A DNA stretch of 60,751 nt, filler included, from Sphacelaria rigidula (GCA_964200075.2; 7 parts of 7 records of this genome joined end to end with filler, not necessarily neighbours in it); one strand, 5' to 3'. Positions 1-12,826 are shown, counted from the first letter of the whole stretch. Numbers and translations: made by a program. The notes: generated by a model from the sequence alone, not told the origin.

Positions 1-39
1 CGAAAGGGGTTCGTGTCCAATGGTCGAAAGAATAAGGCA

Positions 40-75
<36 letters not shown>

Positions 76-3000
76 CGCGCGCGGTTAGACACCCATGAGG
101 CAGTGTAAAAGCTGTGATTGTCTCTCGAAGTGGCGATACCAGAGAATAAAGCAACTCATTGTTGGCTGTCGTCCAAATGCAAGGTAATCAGTAGACTTCA
201 TGCGGAATACTTCTGCATTACGACAGGTTGTGGGGGATGTAACGGAGAGAAACCGTCGTTGATCCCATGATCTACGACACGATACCCATATGCCAAGCAA
301 TTACCGGAGGAAGATGGGTTCCTTGAGACTGCGGAGTCCTCCCGAGGGCAGGCAGAAGTTAGCTGTTAGCTAGAAGCATGACGGAAGCAAAACCGTCGAG
401 CAGTACCCTATACTTTCAGTGGTTCCTTGTTTCACGCGCTTACTCAGATCTGCCGAGAGGGTCCTGGGCTCGGAGCAGTAGTTGTATCATGTCTCCTACA
501 TACTCTATATACCAAGGAGGAGGAGACGACGACAGCATCGGGCAAAGTACTGGTACCAAAATATCGGGCCTTGCCGGTCTCCCCTATATACATTGGCGGA
601 TGTCATCACCTGATTGAAGGCAAGCAATTCATCGCCAGGACGCAGTGACAATATCCGGAACGACTGCAAAGATCTCCATTCTGAAACGTCGTACGATACG
701 GGGCGGTAGATAGCCAACGATACGTAAAAGAAACTCTACCCGAAGTCAGACAGTGTCAAGTACGTGAGGGAGACATCTCGGTCCCGTTTCGAAAAAAACC
801 TCATGATAAGCATAAAGGCCAGAATTCGCACACGATATGCACGGGGAAGACAGCCCAGTGTGAGAATGGATGACCTGGACAGGGTGGAAGGTTTACTGGA
901 GAGCAACCCGATCAGTCCTTTGAGAGTTGCGATTGTCGGTAAATGACGAGTGGCCGCGTCAAAATGCGTGCGGATGCGATTATATGCAAGCATCCAGCAG
1001 TTCGGTGTAACACCCACACGAGGCCACGGTGTGTTTGTGCGTGGGGTGTGTGGACTCATTTATTGCTTGCCTTTGTCATTTGACCATTGACCACGCATCC
1101 CTTTCGCGGCGGACCTGTGTGTAGGGGGAGGCGGGGGCGGGTTTAGATGCCATTGTATGCTGGAGAAACGCACACAACGCTACAGTGCCTCCGGAGAATT
1201 TCAAGTTCCTCGAAATCTTTGTTCGCGTCTCGTGTTGCGATGAGCCGCCGACAAGCGACTGCAAAACGTGACGACTTTATCGACGGCTTCGACCGCTGCA
1301 AATTGTGCATAGACCGACGGGAAACAGGAGTGTTTTCAGGCTGATCGAGAGCGGGGTGAATGATCGTGTTTGGGGTCAGGAAGGATGGGACGGAGTTACA
1401 GTAGTGGGCGGTCTAACTATTCATTTTGTGGCATGTTGTAATTTTTTCGTAATTGGCGATTTTCTTGGGCTCTTTTCACTTGCTACCGTTTATCACATCG
1501 GGGATCTGGACATATCTGTATCCCCTCCACATTCCAAGAAAAAAAAGATTTATACTCAATGTTGAGTGACTTACGGGCTGACGGGTCATCAGGGGTCCTG
1601 CCACGTGTCAGCCCAGATTTTGACTCTTCGGTATTTCCTGTCGATCGAGCATGTCCCCATCAAATTTGTGGAGGAAGGTACAGTTTTATTTCTCTGAATT
1701 TCTACTTACTCATTGCACTAGAGCCGAAAAACTGTGTTTCACGGTCAATAACACCCTCCTGACAAACGGATACTCGTACCGCCCCATAACACCAACTGAC
1801 GCTGACTCGGGCACTGTGTTTCGAAAATGATATGTTCATCGTACCAAAATATATCGACGCTAGCAATTTCAAGTTCTATCGAAGAGTAGTACGCGAGAAA
1901 AATCCCAAAACATCCAGCTGGATAATTAGACCGCCCACTGCTGCAGTGCGAAACCTTGCAAGAGTAGAAATCCCGCGATGGCACGTATAGCCTGGAGATC
2001 GGAGTCAGCGATCCTCGACCCAAAAAAGTCGCGGGCATCTGCTCTTTTTCTGATTTCTCTCACTAAAAGCCGTTACATTTCGCTTACCGTCTGGAACTAC
2101 ACTGACAGAGTTTCCAGGTGACCCTGCAAGCCGTACCTAACTGGTGTTACGACGACGGGCTGTTACTAACCTGCTCCTCGGGTCACATGCTGTGTACCAT
2201 GCGTATGCATGCATACAAGTTCTAGTCAGGGATACAACTTCATGGTGTCACCTGAGCTCGGAAAGTTGCACGACGTTGATTTGTTTGGTGACCGATAGCG
2301 TGGTATACTATGCCGTCACCCTGACAGATTCTTCTGTCCATGACTGCAGTTCCGTGGTTTATCGGGTGGATGTCCCGCAGTGACGGTCCGCTTTTCACAC
2401 GTACCAACCCCGTGACAGATATCACGGTGCTACCCTTCTCACGTTATTCAGCGGTACTCGTGCAAGCAACCATCCAGTCAACGTTGAAAGAACTTAGCAA
2501 TCGAGATCTCCTGTCGCGCCGAGACCAGTCGTTTTTGAAGCCTCCCATTCATGCCCGTAACGTTGTTTAGTCAACCTTCATAAAAGCAAACGCTCGAAAC
2601 GGTCGAAAACAGTATTTGCTGAAAAACAACGTCAACTTCACAAGCGCTGCGTGCACTAACTACACGAGTCGGGTAATACCTCTTCTAGGATCTTTATTCC
2701 AGTAGCATGATGATGACCAATTCTACTGGAAGAGATGCATTCTTGATTGATCGACACTTTGTCTTGCCTATGCTACCCCCGTCAATGGTCTTATGACTAT
2801 GGCATGCATGATCATGAGTACCCTACGACGGCATGCATGCTCATGAGGACGCCGAAGATGGACGTAGATGCCCAGGATAAGTTGCGCGAGAGATGCGGCT
2901 CGAGAAAAGGACAAGAGAAGAGGGGATACAAAGGCAGACAAAGCAAAACCGCCAGAGACTGTAGGCAAAAAACTAGCATCGACCCCGAGCAAACTCTCGA

Positions 3001-4151
3001 ATGGCCGATAACATGGCATAAGTGCTGCGGTGCAGATTACCAACACGCATATTGTTGGCACGCAATGTTTACGTAACTCCCTTGAACAGCACCTTTCTGT
3101 GGACAATCTGTCCTTTGTCGCCGGCCTGCGAGGTGGGTCGAGTTCCCCACCTGGAAAAGCGGCGAACAAGGTGCGGCTTAGAGCAACGCGGGCATCGAAA
3201 CAAGGAGACGGTGACCTGGTGAAGGATGGTGGCAGTGCGGACAAGGTGAAACATCTCACCCACCGAATAAAGAAAGGCACAGGAATACACACAAAGATTC
3301 TCGGTAACTGTACTTGCAGTGGATGTAAAAACGCTCACGAAGTACGACCACCAACGAGGAAACACTCCAAGTGTAGAGCGTACCAAAGGTAGATCATCGC
3401 ATTCGGGTGTTTCTCGATATTGATATCTGTATCACAAAATAGCAACCCATCCAGCAGCGCTTTTGTTTTTTTTCAAACAGACGGAGTTATTGTGGGCACA
3501 TCCGCCTGCAAGCGTTGTGGTATCGTTACGTTTTTTTCGTACCGTTCGAAAAAAAAGCTGCACCTGCTGCTTCTTTTGGCACTACGTTTGGATGTAGCCA
3601 TCAGTGACGCGCTGCGCAGTATCGGATCGCCCAAGACTCCTCTGAGAACGTTATATTGAAATGCTACAAGCGAATCAGTTCCTCCACATGTATGCCGTTC
3701 GGCTACGAGAACTTCGTGAGCTTTCATCCTTCGGGCTGCTCGAGGTATCCCTTTTGCGATCGGTTTCGTCGGCTTTCACCCTAGCAACGGACGCTCTACC
3801 TTGCGTGACCCCGGCTGGATGCTGTGCGCAGTGGATCAGATGAATGCGGCGCATGTACAGACTTAGCCCATCACATCATTGACTGTACTCTGAAAACAAC
3901 ACGTCTGTTTACGACGACTGGGTGTTTCGCATCGATTCATTTGACTGTGAGACAAGCCAGTCGCCCCCCTAGCGACCACATTCAACTCCATAAACCTATA
4001 TTCTGAACCGCGACGATTTCCACGGCCTATCTATTTCCTCTGCCCTTCGTTCCCCGTCCTGATCGAAACGGGACTCAAAGACAGAAAAAACGGAGCAATC
4101 CTCGCTGGGCGAAGCGGCCGCGACAGCAAAGCAACAGGGATGCCCGAACAG

Positions 4152-7100
4152 ATCCTGCGCCTCAAGAATAGACTCGCTGGAAGAACTGATGGACCTCAGG
4201 GTCACGGCACAGACGGCCCGCTATCGCGCGCAGTCGAAGCTGGTGAGATGTTATTTCGATTTCTCTTCGCGTCTGGCCCTTTTCACCGTACTTGGGTGCT
4301 TCATTATAATCTTCTGGTGAGAGTTCGATCGTGAGAAGGAGGGGATTCGGGACGGGGATCAAGTACAACACTACCATACGATCCGATCTACTGGCGTCTC
4401 CGTTCGTTTCTGTGCGTAAGTGTTGTCGCATCTCGAAGTGGGATCAGGGCTGAGAGCTCTCATTGAGGGGTCCAGATGGGGGTCAGCTACAGGAACAAGG
4501 GTAAGTGCAGGAAGGACCCGCGGAACCCCTTACCCGAAGACTGTGGGTGCGCGGGTAATGGCTTCTTACTTTGTGGAGGTTCGCGAAGAGTGATCCTGAT
4601 GCGTATAATGTTCATCATATACTTTTTCAACAGTGGGGGGTACGTAAAGATTACTTACTATTTATTAAACCACACGCTGTGCAGAGCACATTTTGAAAAG
4701 TGTGCATGTATACTCCACGTATGAGAAAATATATGATGAGGAGTTCTCACGTAAGGGTACAAAAATGTTACACGTATATCTCGGTGAATTAAAAGCAAGG
4801 TGGGTTCTGCTGGAGAGCAAGATTGGGATGTGTTGTGACCTGACAGGCGGGGGGGAGGAGAGAGGGCGCCTATCCAGTAAAACAAAGCATGACAATATAA
4901 CCGAGAGAGGGGTGGGTACTGATAATGGCTCAAGACGCATGGGTTAAGGAATTGTAAGTAGGCGTGTCTGATACTGAGAAAGCTGGTATCGACCCACCGT
5001 AACGGTGTTGCTGAAACGCGTCTGGTTGGTGGGACAATCAGCCCGTGTGTTGCTACGACGAAATAGAGAGTGTACACTACTTTTTTTGGTATTCCCCGTT
5101 GTACCCTTCACTCCGGGTCCGTGCCTTCAGATAATCAAACCACCACATGGTGTATTAATTTCGTTACCGAGTCGCGGCGGCAGATGTGCGGCCACCGTAT
5201 ATTGGAGTCCGCGTATACATACAATACTATATATACATGTCCGCGTTACTGCACTGCGTGTAGTGTCCTGTACCTTCACGTAGTCTACCCTTGCTATGGC
5301 TGCGCCGTTGTCGTTCACTCTGTTCGGGAAGGTCTGTTGGCGATCTTCAGCTAGCTCATCTCTGAGATAATATCTTTTGAGCCTTCAAGACAGCTGCGAC
5401 ATAACCGATACTACGCAGACACAGTCGTTTGTCAACCATGTAGCACCTTATTTCAAACAAAGCATTAACTCGGATGTTACGATTAGGGTTTAGAGTTCGT
5501 TGAAAACTTTGTACTTGGGTCAGATGCAGGGATAGGGATCAGGGGTAGTTCCATCGACTGTAGGCGTGGCATCATGTCTGGTGAGGTTCGCTGTGAATAC
5601 GTGATTTCGCTGTGAATACGTGATTTTTTTAATTGAGGGTGGGCTTTTTATTGGGGATGACGACCCGGAGAAATAAAATGTTCATATCCACACCACATCT
5701 TTTGGTGATCCGATCGGGCCAAAACATTTCGGTCCTCGAAATCGAAATTGGTATGACACGTAGTAGTTGTCAATAGCTACCAGCAAGTGAAGAAATGGAA
5801 CCATATTTCGAAATTCTGGTGTGGATACGAAGCTTTTGATTCCCCAGGTTCTTTTTCCGAATACAAAACTCCATCCCCGATTTGTAAAACCACGTGTTTA
5901 TGCCCATTGCGGGTGCGCGGCAGACGTCCGCTTTCTGCCCTTCAACCTGCGGTCTGCTCAAACGCACCCGCACCCTCCTGCATTCCACATCGGACATTGC
6001 TTATCCACTCAGAGCTACTGCCCGGCCGTGAAAAATATGAAACTCGTGTGTTCTACAGCATATAATACGTTCCTGTGCCTTCTCTTTACCAGACGGCAGC
6101 CCTTGAGGCTATCACGGCCTATAAAAGATGCAACTAATGCTTGTCCAAGCCGCCCTCTGCATCGCTAAACACTGCTTCTGGCCATTGCTTGGCTTCACCA
6201 ACTTTCACCCGCGCGCAACCTAGCAATGGTTTTCCTGCTCCTATGAGGGAGACGTCAGCTGAACGGTCCTATGGCTAATCCATGAAAACTGAAACAAACA
6301 CTTTTCGCGGATATAACGCACTGCAACCTATTTAGTTCCCGTCTGATATCATAGCAACGGCGTTGCCGGGTAACATCCAAGTATTGTCTAGCCAGTCTTT
6401 ACTCCGCATTAATATTCGACCTCATCCTCGGACCAATGAGTATACATACGTGAATTTTTACACGACCCCCCCCTGGTGGTCAAAGTGGAAAATCAACGCT
6501 TCGTCGGTGGGCTGGATGGTGAAGGTTCGAATACCGGCGGTTAAGATTTGTTTTTCCAGTCGTTCCCGTCGTCCGGATACGTGAGAACGGCACTCGTCAA
6601 AGTAACTCGACGAAGATCGATGAGCCACGGGAAGTGGCGATCCGAATGCCTACGTAGCAACGTGCGAATAGAGGCAGGCATGCCCACGGCGGAGGCGGTG
6701 CGTTGATTCCTCACGCCTGTGCGGACTTACCCTGAGGAGGATGACAAGAGCAAAGAGGATAGGAGCACCACGTGTAAAAACAAATGTCGATATCGTCGTC
6801 GAGTCCCGCTGCCATCTCCCCTCCCCCGGTGCCTTCGCAGGGAGCGGCTCGAGAGAAATCTGTGGAGATCGAGAAAAGGCTGGAAGACGCTAAGGGGGAA
6901 CTCGAACGCATGGCTAAAGCAGTCGTGGAGGCAAGTCCCTTACGGTTAGCAATGCGTGGCACGAACTAATCGATATTGCAACATGACAAAGGAAGAATTC
7001 CACTAGGGAAAACTTGAGTGTTACTTAGTTACCGAGCGCGCGTGAGACGGCCGCGCGAAAACCTCAGGCGACGCGTGGTTCTGGTTCTAGACGGAACCAT

Positions 7101-7735
7101 GCGATGCGTTCAGTTGACTCCGAGTTGCTCTATCTTTCTGTCAGCTATGTTCATCATTTTCTCGAGCATCGTTAACTTCGACGATTTCCCCTTTGGCTAC
7201 GTTGGGGTGCGTCTACCTCGTCACCATGACTCGGGCCTTTGGAGATCGGTGAGTGTGCTAGTGTGCAACCATCGATCAACCGATTCCGATTGATTGATCG
7301 ATTGACAGCCGCACTTTCACTGACCCCCCAGGGGTCATGATCCACCCGTGGTCACATGACAGACGTACCCAAGAGAAACAAAGCTGAAACACTCACTGAA
7401 AAAAGAGAAGAAGAAGAAGAAGAAGAAGAAGAAGAAGAAGAAGAAGAAGAAGAAGAAGAAGAAGAAGAAGAAACCCCGACAAAAACCGATCGATCAATCA
7501 ATACCCACTTCGTTGACCGTTACGCTCGAGCCCTTCCCCCCTCCCCTCCCTCCCCCGCTGGGGCCTTCGTTCAATCGAATTCATCCGCCCGGGGACATCC
7601 TAGAAACCCTCAACTCGATTGTGGATATCCTTCTATCCGCAGGCTGACGAGCGCACGGAGTTGTTGCGCAAAATGACTAGAGAGGAAGGGTCTGCCCAGA
7701 AGACTCTCGCCGAGGAAATGGACACGCTGAAAATT
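4152..7735 (+). CDS. Internal exons of an unidentified coiled-coil protein (4152-4242, 6841-6930, 7643-7735)
   Basis: cag acceptors; donors gtgaga, gcaagt (GC) and gtgagt; phase-0 joins. Peptides: SCASRIDSLEELMDLRVTAQTARYRAQSKL / GAAREKSVEIEKRLEDAKGELERMAKAVVE / ADERTELLRKMTREEGSAQKTLAEEMDTLKI (charged, heptad-like). Intervening exons may have been missed. Confidence 0.6.
5623..5890. mobile_element. Internally deleted copy of foldback family A
   Basis: ttcatatccacacca ... tggtgtggatacgaa inverted pair; homologous to 31281-31650 and 8813-8932. Confidence 0.65.
6464..6560 (+). mobile_element. tRNA-derived SINE-like head (second family)
   Basis: A-box-like TGGTCAAAGTGG (6477-6488) and B-box GGTTCGAATACC (6524-6535) at tRNA spacing; no cloverleaf. 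Confidence 0.4.
7280..7405 (-). mobile_element. Retroposon 3' end with (AATC)n tail
   Basis: Minus strand reads ggtacgtctgtcatgtgaccacgggtggatc...gtgcggctgtcaatcgatcaatcaatc. Homologous copies at 11210-11328 (-) and 36545-36652 (+); a more diverged one at 24880-24995 (-). Confidence 0.6.
7407..7472. repeat. (GAA)n microsatellite
   Basis: About 22 perfect GAA units, intronic; source of the poly-Glu ORF. Confidence 0.97.
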
Positions 7736-8594
7736 GTGAGTGCACCATGCCGAAGCAATAGTTGAAGGGAAAAGGCAAAGAGGAATGGGCGCTTCATGAA
7801 GATTTCGCGACTCTTACCGCCGTGCCCGCCCCCATTGTCGAAGAAAGGGGATGATCGTAGTGCGTCGTGTTTGAGTGGTAAAACAGACGCCCACGACGCA
7901 GTTTGGAACCCGTGGCTGTCTCTGGAAGTGGCGATGTCAGAAAAATGAAGCAACTCACTGTAGGCTGTCATCCGTACGCAATATGCTCAGTACGCTTCGG
8001 GTCGAACAATCTTAGCAGGACGCAGCTCACCCTTCATGCGAATGGCTGAGCATATCACGGCGCATCGCGCTTGGTGACTGATTGCGACCCTGGTGCGGCG
8101 AAAACCCCAGCGTGCTCCGTGCCGGCGTCGTAGGGATGCGAGGTCAATGATCATATGCCTACGGCATGCAAGATCATGAGCACGACCCCATGATCGAACG
8201 GATACGTCGGCACGACTGTACATGTAGTCTAGAGGAATTTTGTGGCGCCCGAATCCCAGCAGTACAAGGCATTTCGTGCGTGATTTCAGCCGCCTGAAAA
8301 TGTGTGAACTAAAACTTCATTGGTCGTTTGGTTGCCAAACTGTCGCACATCACCTGATATCCAGAGATGGTCATGATCTACTCGTGGTCATTATCCAAAA
8401 GATAGACGTGTCCTAGATGAGCGAGAAGGGAGCACGCGCTGATAGGAACTCGAAAGATGGGGGAGACAAAGGAAGACATATGGAACAGATGAGTGATGCC
8501 GCGATACCCCTCCCCCCCCCGGCAGAATCTGGGAAAGCGGGCGTGGAGCAGGTCCAAAGCAACAGCACAAGCAACAATCAAGAAAAACACATCC

Positions 8595-8694
8595 NNNNNN
8601 NNNNNNNNNNNNNNNNNNNNNNNNNNNNNNNNNNNNNNTTAATTAATTAANNNNNNNNNNNNNNNNNNNNNNNNNNNNNNNNNNNNNNNNNNNN
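8595..8694. other. Artificial contig-joining spacer (N44-TTAATTAATTAA-N44)
   Basis: Exactly 100 nt with stops in all six frames. Identical spacers at 17289-17388, 25982-26081, 34675-34774, 43368-43467 and 52060-52159. Flanking contigs are length-sorted. Confidence 0.99.
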
Positions 8695-8933
8695 GCTTCA
8701 CCAGCTGGGCGCATTACTGCTCGAACTGTGGCGATGTCAAAATTGACGGGAAAGTCGATTGTTTCGGGTCTCACTCTGAATCTGAAACTACACTCTGAAT
8801 CTCACGAATATAGTGTTAAGCATGTTTCGGAGAATTGGTGAGGGTACGAAGACTTCAATTTTCCGGGGTATTTTCCGGGTTATCATCCTCAATGGAAAGT
8901 TCCATCCTTCTCAGCTTTGGAAATCGGCTAAGT

Positions 8934-9349
8934 GCCTGGATCCGTTTTTGAGGTTTGATATTTTAATGAGTTTCAACTCGAAAACAGTGCTTTCCCTGAC
9001 CTAAAGTCATGACCAATGAATTTTATATGGACGGCCTCATGCCCCCCGACCTCCTTGAAACTATTTTGGGGGGTTGCCCGTCTTCTGTGCCCTCAAAGTG
9101 TATGTTCGAAAGCACCAATATTGGGCTAAAAACGTCCCCTTTCTCACCCCGGTATCGAGGCGAAAAGATGCCTTCGCACATACGCTTTGGGGGCACGGAA
9201 GACGGGCAACGCCCCAATATAGTTTCAAGGAGTTCGGGGGGCATGAGGTCGTCCATGTGAAATTCATTGGTCATGACTTTAGGTCAGGAAAAGCACTGTT
9301 TTCGAGTTGAAACTCATTAAAATGTTGAACCTCAATAACGGATCCAGGC
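8934..9349. mobile_element. Foldback/MITE family E, ~416 bp with ~180-bp arms
   Basis: GCCTGGATCCG...CGGATCCAGGC termini; arms complementary throughout (ttaatgagtttcaactcgaaaacagtgcttt / aaagcactgttttcgagttgaaactcattaa). Explains the mirror ORFs 9009+ and 9023-. Confidence 0.9.
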
Positions 9350-9393
9350 TGTTGGCTGCTCTTCGTAGACGCGTCTGACTAATCGTCTCAAAC

Positions 9394-10230
9394 CAGATCA
9401 TCTCCGAAACTGAGGTTGGATATTAAAATGAGTTTCAATTATTCCACAACTGACCTGAGATCATGGCAAATGACTTTCATATTGAGTGGTTTTACGGTAG
9501 GGGTGCACATTGGTTTGTCCGAGGCCTCTTTAGGAGCCTCTCGATGTCAGAACATCTGGGCCTCAGTGTGTGGCTTCAGAAAACATTCGGACAAAAAGGA
9601 TACCCTCACCGTAGCATCACTCTAGTGACGAGCTCATGACCCCCGACCTCTTTGGAACTATTTTTGGGGGTTTCCCGTCTTCCGTTCCCCCGAAGGGTAT
9701 GTGTAAAAGCATCTTAAACAATGTCAATGAGAGTAGAGCGCTGATTGAGAGTGGCTCCGGTCATTCGCTTTAAGTCAACCAATTCTTCATTCCATGTGTG
9801 CTTTTCCTTGCCTCTATCACTGGCGTGTGCTTACAGCTACACGTCGATATTCTACTCAGGGATATCAAGGGCCTCAGTAGCAAGCTACTACAGAAATCAT
9901 ATATAGAGCCTCGTGGAGGAGCATTTCGGAACTGAAACGACTTATTGGCTTATTGACCGCTTTTCACGTTCAATCTCACGAAAACATTGTTCTTATTGTC
10001 TCGATTTCGGGGTGGAAAAAGGAACGTTTTTAGACGGAAAATGGTGCTTTCGCACATAATCTTTGGGAGAACGGAAGGCGCTAAACCCCCAAAATGAGTT
10101 TCAGGGAGGTCGGGAGTCATGAGGTCGTCCACATCAAAGTAATTTGTGAGGACTCCAGGTCCGGGAAAACGTTGGCTGGGAGTTGAAGCTACTACCAATG
10201 TTCAACGTCACTTCCGAAGATAATCTCTTC
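9394..10230. mobile_element. Second, more diverged family-E foldback in opposite orientation, interrupted by two insertions
   Basis: Left-arm pieces 9410-9490 and 9625-9715; loop 9996-10050 is the reverse complement of the first copy's loop; right arm 10042-10215. A further fragment lies at 20234-20300. Confidence 0.7.
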
Positions 10231-10290
10231 AAATAACGTTTTGAGGGACGGCGCATCTATGTACTGTAGGCAAATTACGTCCAAGGACCC

Positions 10291-10821
10291 TTACTATCGA
10301 AGAATCATTTTGTTTGGAGAGACCCAAGGTTCACTGTCAATCCCCGATGACCCTCGGACTGTTGCGAGCGCCACGGTGGACACACAGGGTAGCCCTCCGA
10401 GGTGCTGCGTTGTAGTTTGGCGTTGTCGGACTTTTTCGAAGATGATGCTTCGGAGAGAAATTCAAGCCGCTTCACTGTCGGAGACGTCTGAGCGCAGAGT
10501 TCAAAAAGTCGATGAATTTCGGATATCTCCGAAAACAGTTGTCGACAAGGCTCATAATTATCGACACGATATTTCGGAAATGTCAGAATGTTTCGGAGTT
10601 TTCGGAGTCTGCGTTCAGTGTTCTTCTCCGCAAACGAACCGCCTTGATCTTTCCTCCGAAGCTCAAGTGTTGAAAAAGTTCGAAAAATTCGGACTGCCAC
10701 GCAGCACTTCGGAGAGCTGCTCTGTGTATACGCCGTGGCGCTGTCAAGCGTTGGAGATACATCAGGCACCTGGCCAGTCCCAAACATTTGAACACCTCCG
10801 AAAAAGCAGTGTCGATAGTAA
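10291..10821. mobile_element. Degenerate foldback/MITE (family F), possibly TA-flanked Tc1/mariner type
   Basis: TTACTATCGA...TCGATAGTAA termini. Internal pair gcgccacggtggacacacagggtagccctccgaggtgctgcgt / acgcagcacttcggagagctgctctgtgtatacgccgtggcgc. Confidence 0.75.
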
Positions 10822-11600
10822 TGTGTAATTGTCTTCGGGCCTCGAGTTTGGCTCGTAGTCTGACCGTATGTCAACTGCTACTTGGCCTCGCGCGTCAAGT
10901 TGGAAAGTCGGGCGCCGCCCCCTAAAGTCCGAATGGCCAACTGCGGTACCGGATCTTGTTAGTTTAGCAATAATCATTCTCTTTCTTCTTTCTTCTCTAT
11001 TCCTGTTTTCCTCGTATCTCGTTTGTGTGTGTGTTTTATTTTTTTCCTGGGTCTGTATTTGTTTTTGTTTGAATTTCTCATACCTTGTTCGAGGTAACTA
11101 GCCTGTGACCACGGAAGGCGTCCGCATCAGACGCCCAATACGAATGTACCGCGCAGATATCGCAACGGTTTTGAATGTGAAGACACCAGCAACAACACAG
11201 CATAGTCCCTGAGTGACTGATTGATTGATCAGTTGTCGCACTTGAACGGATCCCCCAGGGATCCAGCCGTGGTCACACGATGGACGTACCGAAGACAAAA
11301 CAAAACTGAAACACTCGCTGAAGAAAAGTCCCTAGCAGCCATCACCTACGATATCCAAGCTGTACCCTAACCTCAAATAGGACCATAACCCCTTCTCCTT
11401 CTTTCATCAGCCTCGCCCTTAATAATGAGCATTTCCGAACTTGGGCGTATTTCACGGCCTGCAGTTGGTGGGGCCTTAATTGATGAGTCACATGAAATCA
11501 CTGCAGATATGGGTCAATGGTACACCTGCTAAGTCGCTTTCGATTTACTGGACAATTCACGCGCTGCTGAATCTTTGGCAGAAGAGCTTCCCTTTTCTAA

Positions 11601-11700
11601 GATGTCCGTAAACGTTCTCAGACGCCCTTAGACGTCCTTCGACGTCCTTAGACGTCCTTAGACGTCCTTAGACGTCCTTAGACGTCCTTAGACGTTCTCA
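11601..11700. repeat. 10-bp minisatellite (GACGTCCTTA)n
   Basis: Ten units, five perfect (11641-11690), ending 1 nt before the candidate LTR. Confidence 0.95.
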
Positions 11701-11701
11701 C

Positions 11702-12670
11702 TGTTGGAATTCTACGCAGCCTGTACCTCAGCTGCTCATTGTATCTATGACTTCAAACTCTGCAGCGAATAGCGGCGTAATTAGTAACGGTTGAACTCTC
11801 ACGCGAATAGCGGCGTAATTAGTTACGGCTGCCCCAATTACTCATCGTCAAGGCCATCGATTGGAATGCGATATTTTGCATCATTTGCGCCAAGACGGCA
11901 GCTAAAAACTCGGTCAACATATTTTTTTTATCTCATCGGGATTCGAGTTTTATAACAAATTAGGTGGGGAAAACATGTTTTTTTTGCGATTTTCTCGATC
12001 ACCACAACTCCTTTGGTTCCACAATCTTTCCAGATTGTAGCTTGGACAAATACACGCCGGTGAGTAGCCTAGGTACGCCGTGGTTCGTAGCCCGGGACAA
12101 CAAAAATGGGAAATCGTCGAGTGGAAACCCCACTCAAATCACAAGTCCTTGGGGGGATTTTACGGCGTGCATAATCAGGGGATGAACAAGATCTCCGGTC
12201 TGTTCGTGCTTTTGGTCGGTGACACTTTTTGGGCTCATTTTGGGGGGTTAGGCGCGCCCATAACAGTAGTATGCTGTAGAAGTAGGTGGGTAGCACAGCT
12301 TGCAGTGTATCCTGTTGTGTGTGAGCTGGCACCACGCCACGCAAGTGACATGGAAGGCTTCTTACTACCTACGTATAGCGATTTGTTTTTGTTCCAGGAA
12401 TTGATGAGCATGGACTCGGTCACCTCGATCGCCCATACTCTCACTCTCCTGCATTACCTCCAGTTCCTGCTTGCTGAAGGAACTGTGCATTCTGTTTTGT
12501 CTGGGCCGGATGGAGAGCCCCACAACCATTTGTTTCAACTGAGTTTATCTGTGCGGCAGAAGCAAGTGATCTGACGATCACTGGTGCATCCTCTGCAAAG
12601 ACCACTATTCGCTGAATAAGTGGTTGGCCTGTCTTGACGATAGTACCTCTCAACACGAGCTATTCCAACA
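11702..12670 (+). repeat. Candidate 5' LTR of the Copia element
   Basis: Begins TGTTGGAAT and ends ATTCCAACA (perfect 9-bp terminal inverted repeat, TG...CA), directly followed by a PBS-like motif. The 3' LTR is absent from the contig, so the 5' boundary is unverified. Confidence 0.6.
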
Positions 12671-12681
12671 GGTTTTGAGCC
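12671..12681 (+). promoter_or_regulatory. Primer-binding site, half-tRNAiMet (hemivirus) type
   Basis: GGTTTTGAGCC directly after the LTR-terminal CA; one mismatch to the GGTTATGRGCC motif of copia/Ty5-type elements. Confidence 0.6.
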
Positions 12682-12826
12682 ATCGATTAACGACTACACC
12701 CGTCGGCACCAGCAAGGGGACGTCACATCAAGGTCGTCACCGCAGCACAAGTGAGCAGAGTACAGTCTTCAGAGGTTTTCCTGGCACAGTTTTTTGTTGT
12801 GATCAGCTGTCACACGTTGCAAAAAG

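Noticed and set aside
430-950. Gypsy integrase GPY/F remnant (KVLVPKY.GPC)
   Set aside because: A single weak motif that needs a frameshift, with no supporting domains.
3620-3745. Additional exon of the coiled-coil gene
   Set aside because: Splice-like signals exist but frame and donor are ambiguous and the peptide is unrecognisable.
5587-5624. 19-bp tandem duplication beside a family-A foldback as a TSD
   Set aside because: The two copies are adjacent rather than flanking the element; treated as slippage.
7356-7676. Poly-Glu ORF
   Set aside because: Translation of an intronic (GAA)n microsatellite next to a retroposon end.
9009-9274. Mirror-image ORFs on both strands (also 10241-10874, 32451-32804, 33021-33314)
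   Set aside because: By-products of palindromic DNA; no recognisable protein motifs.
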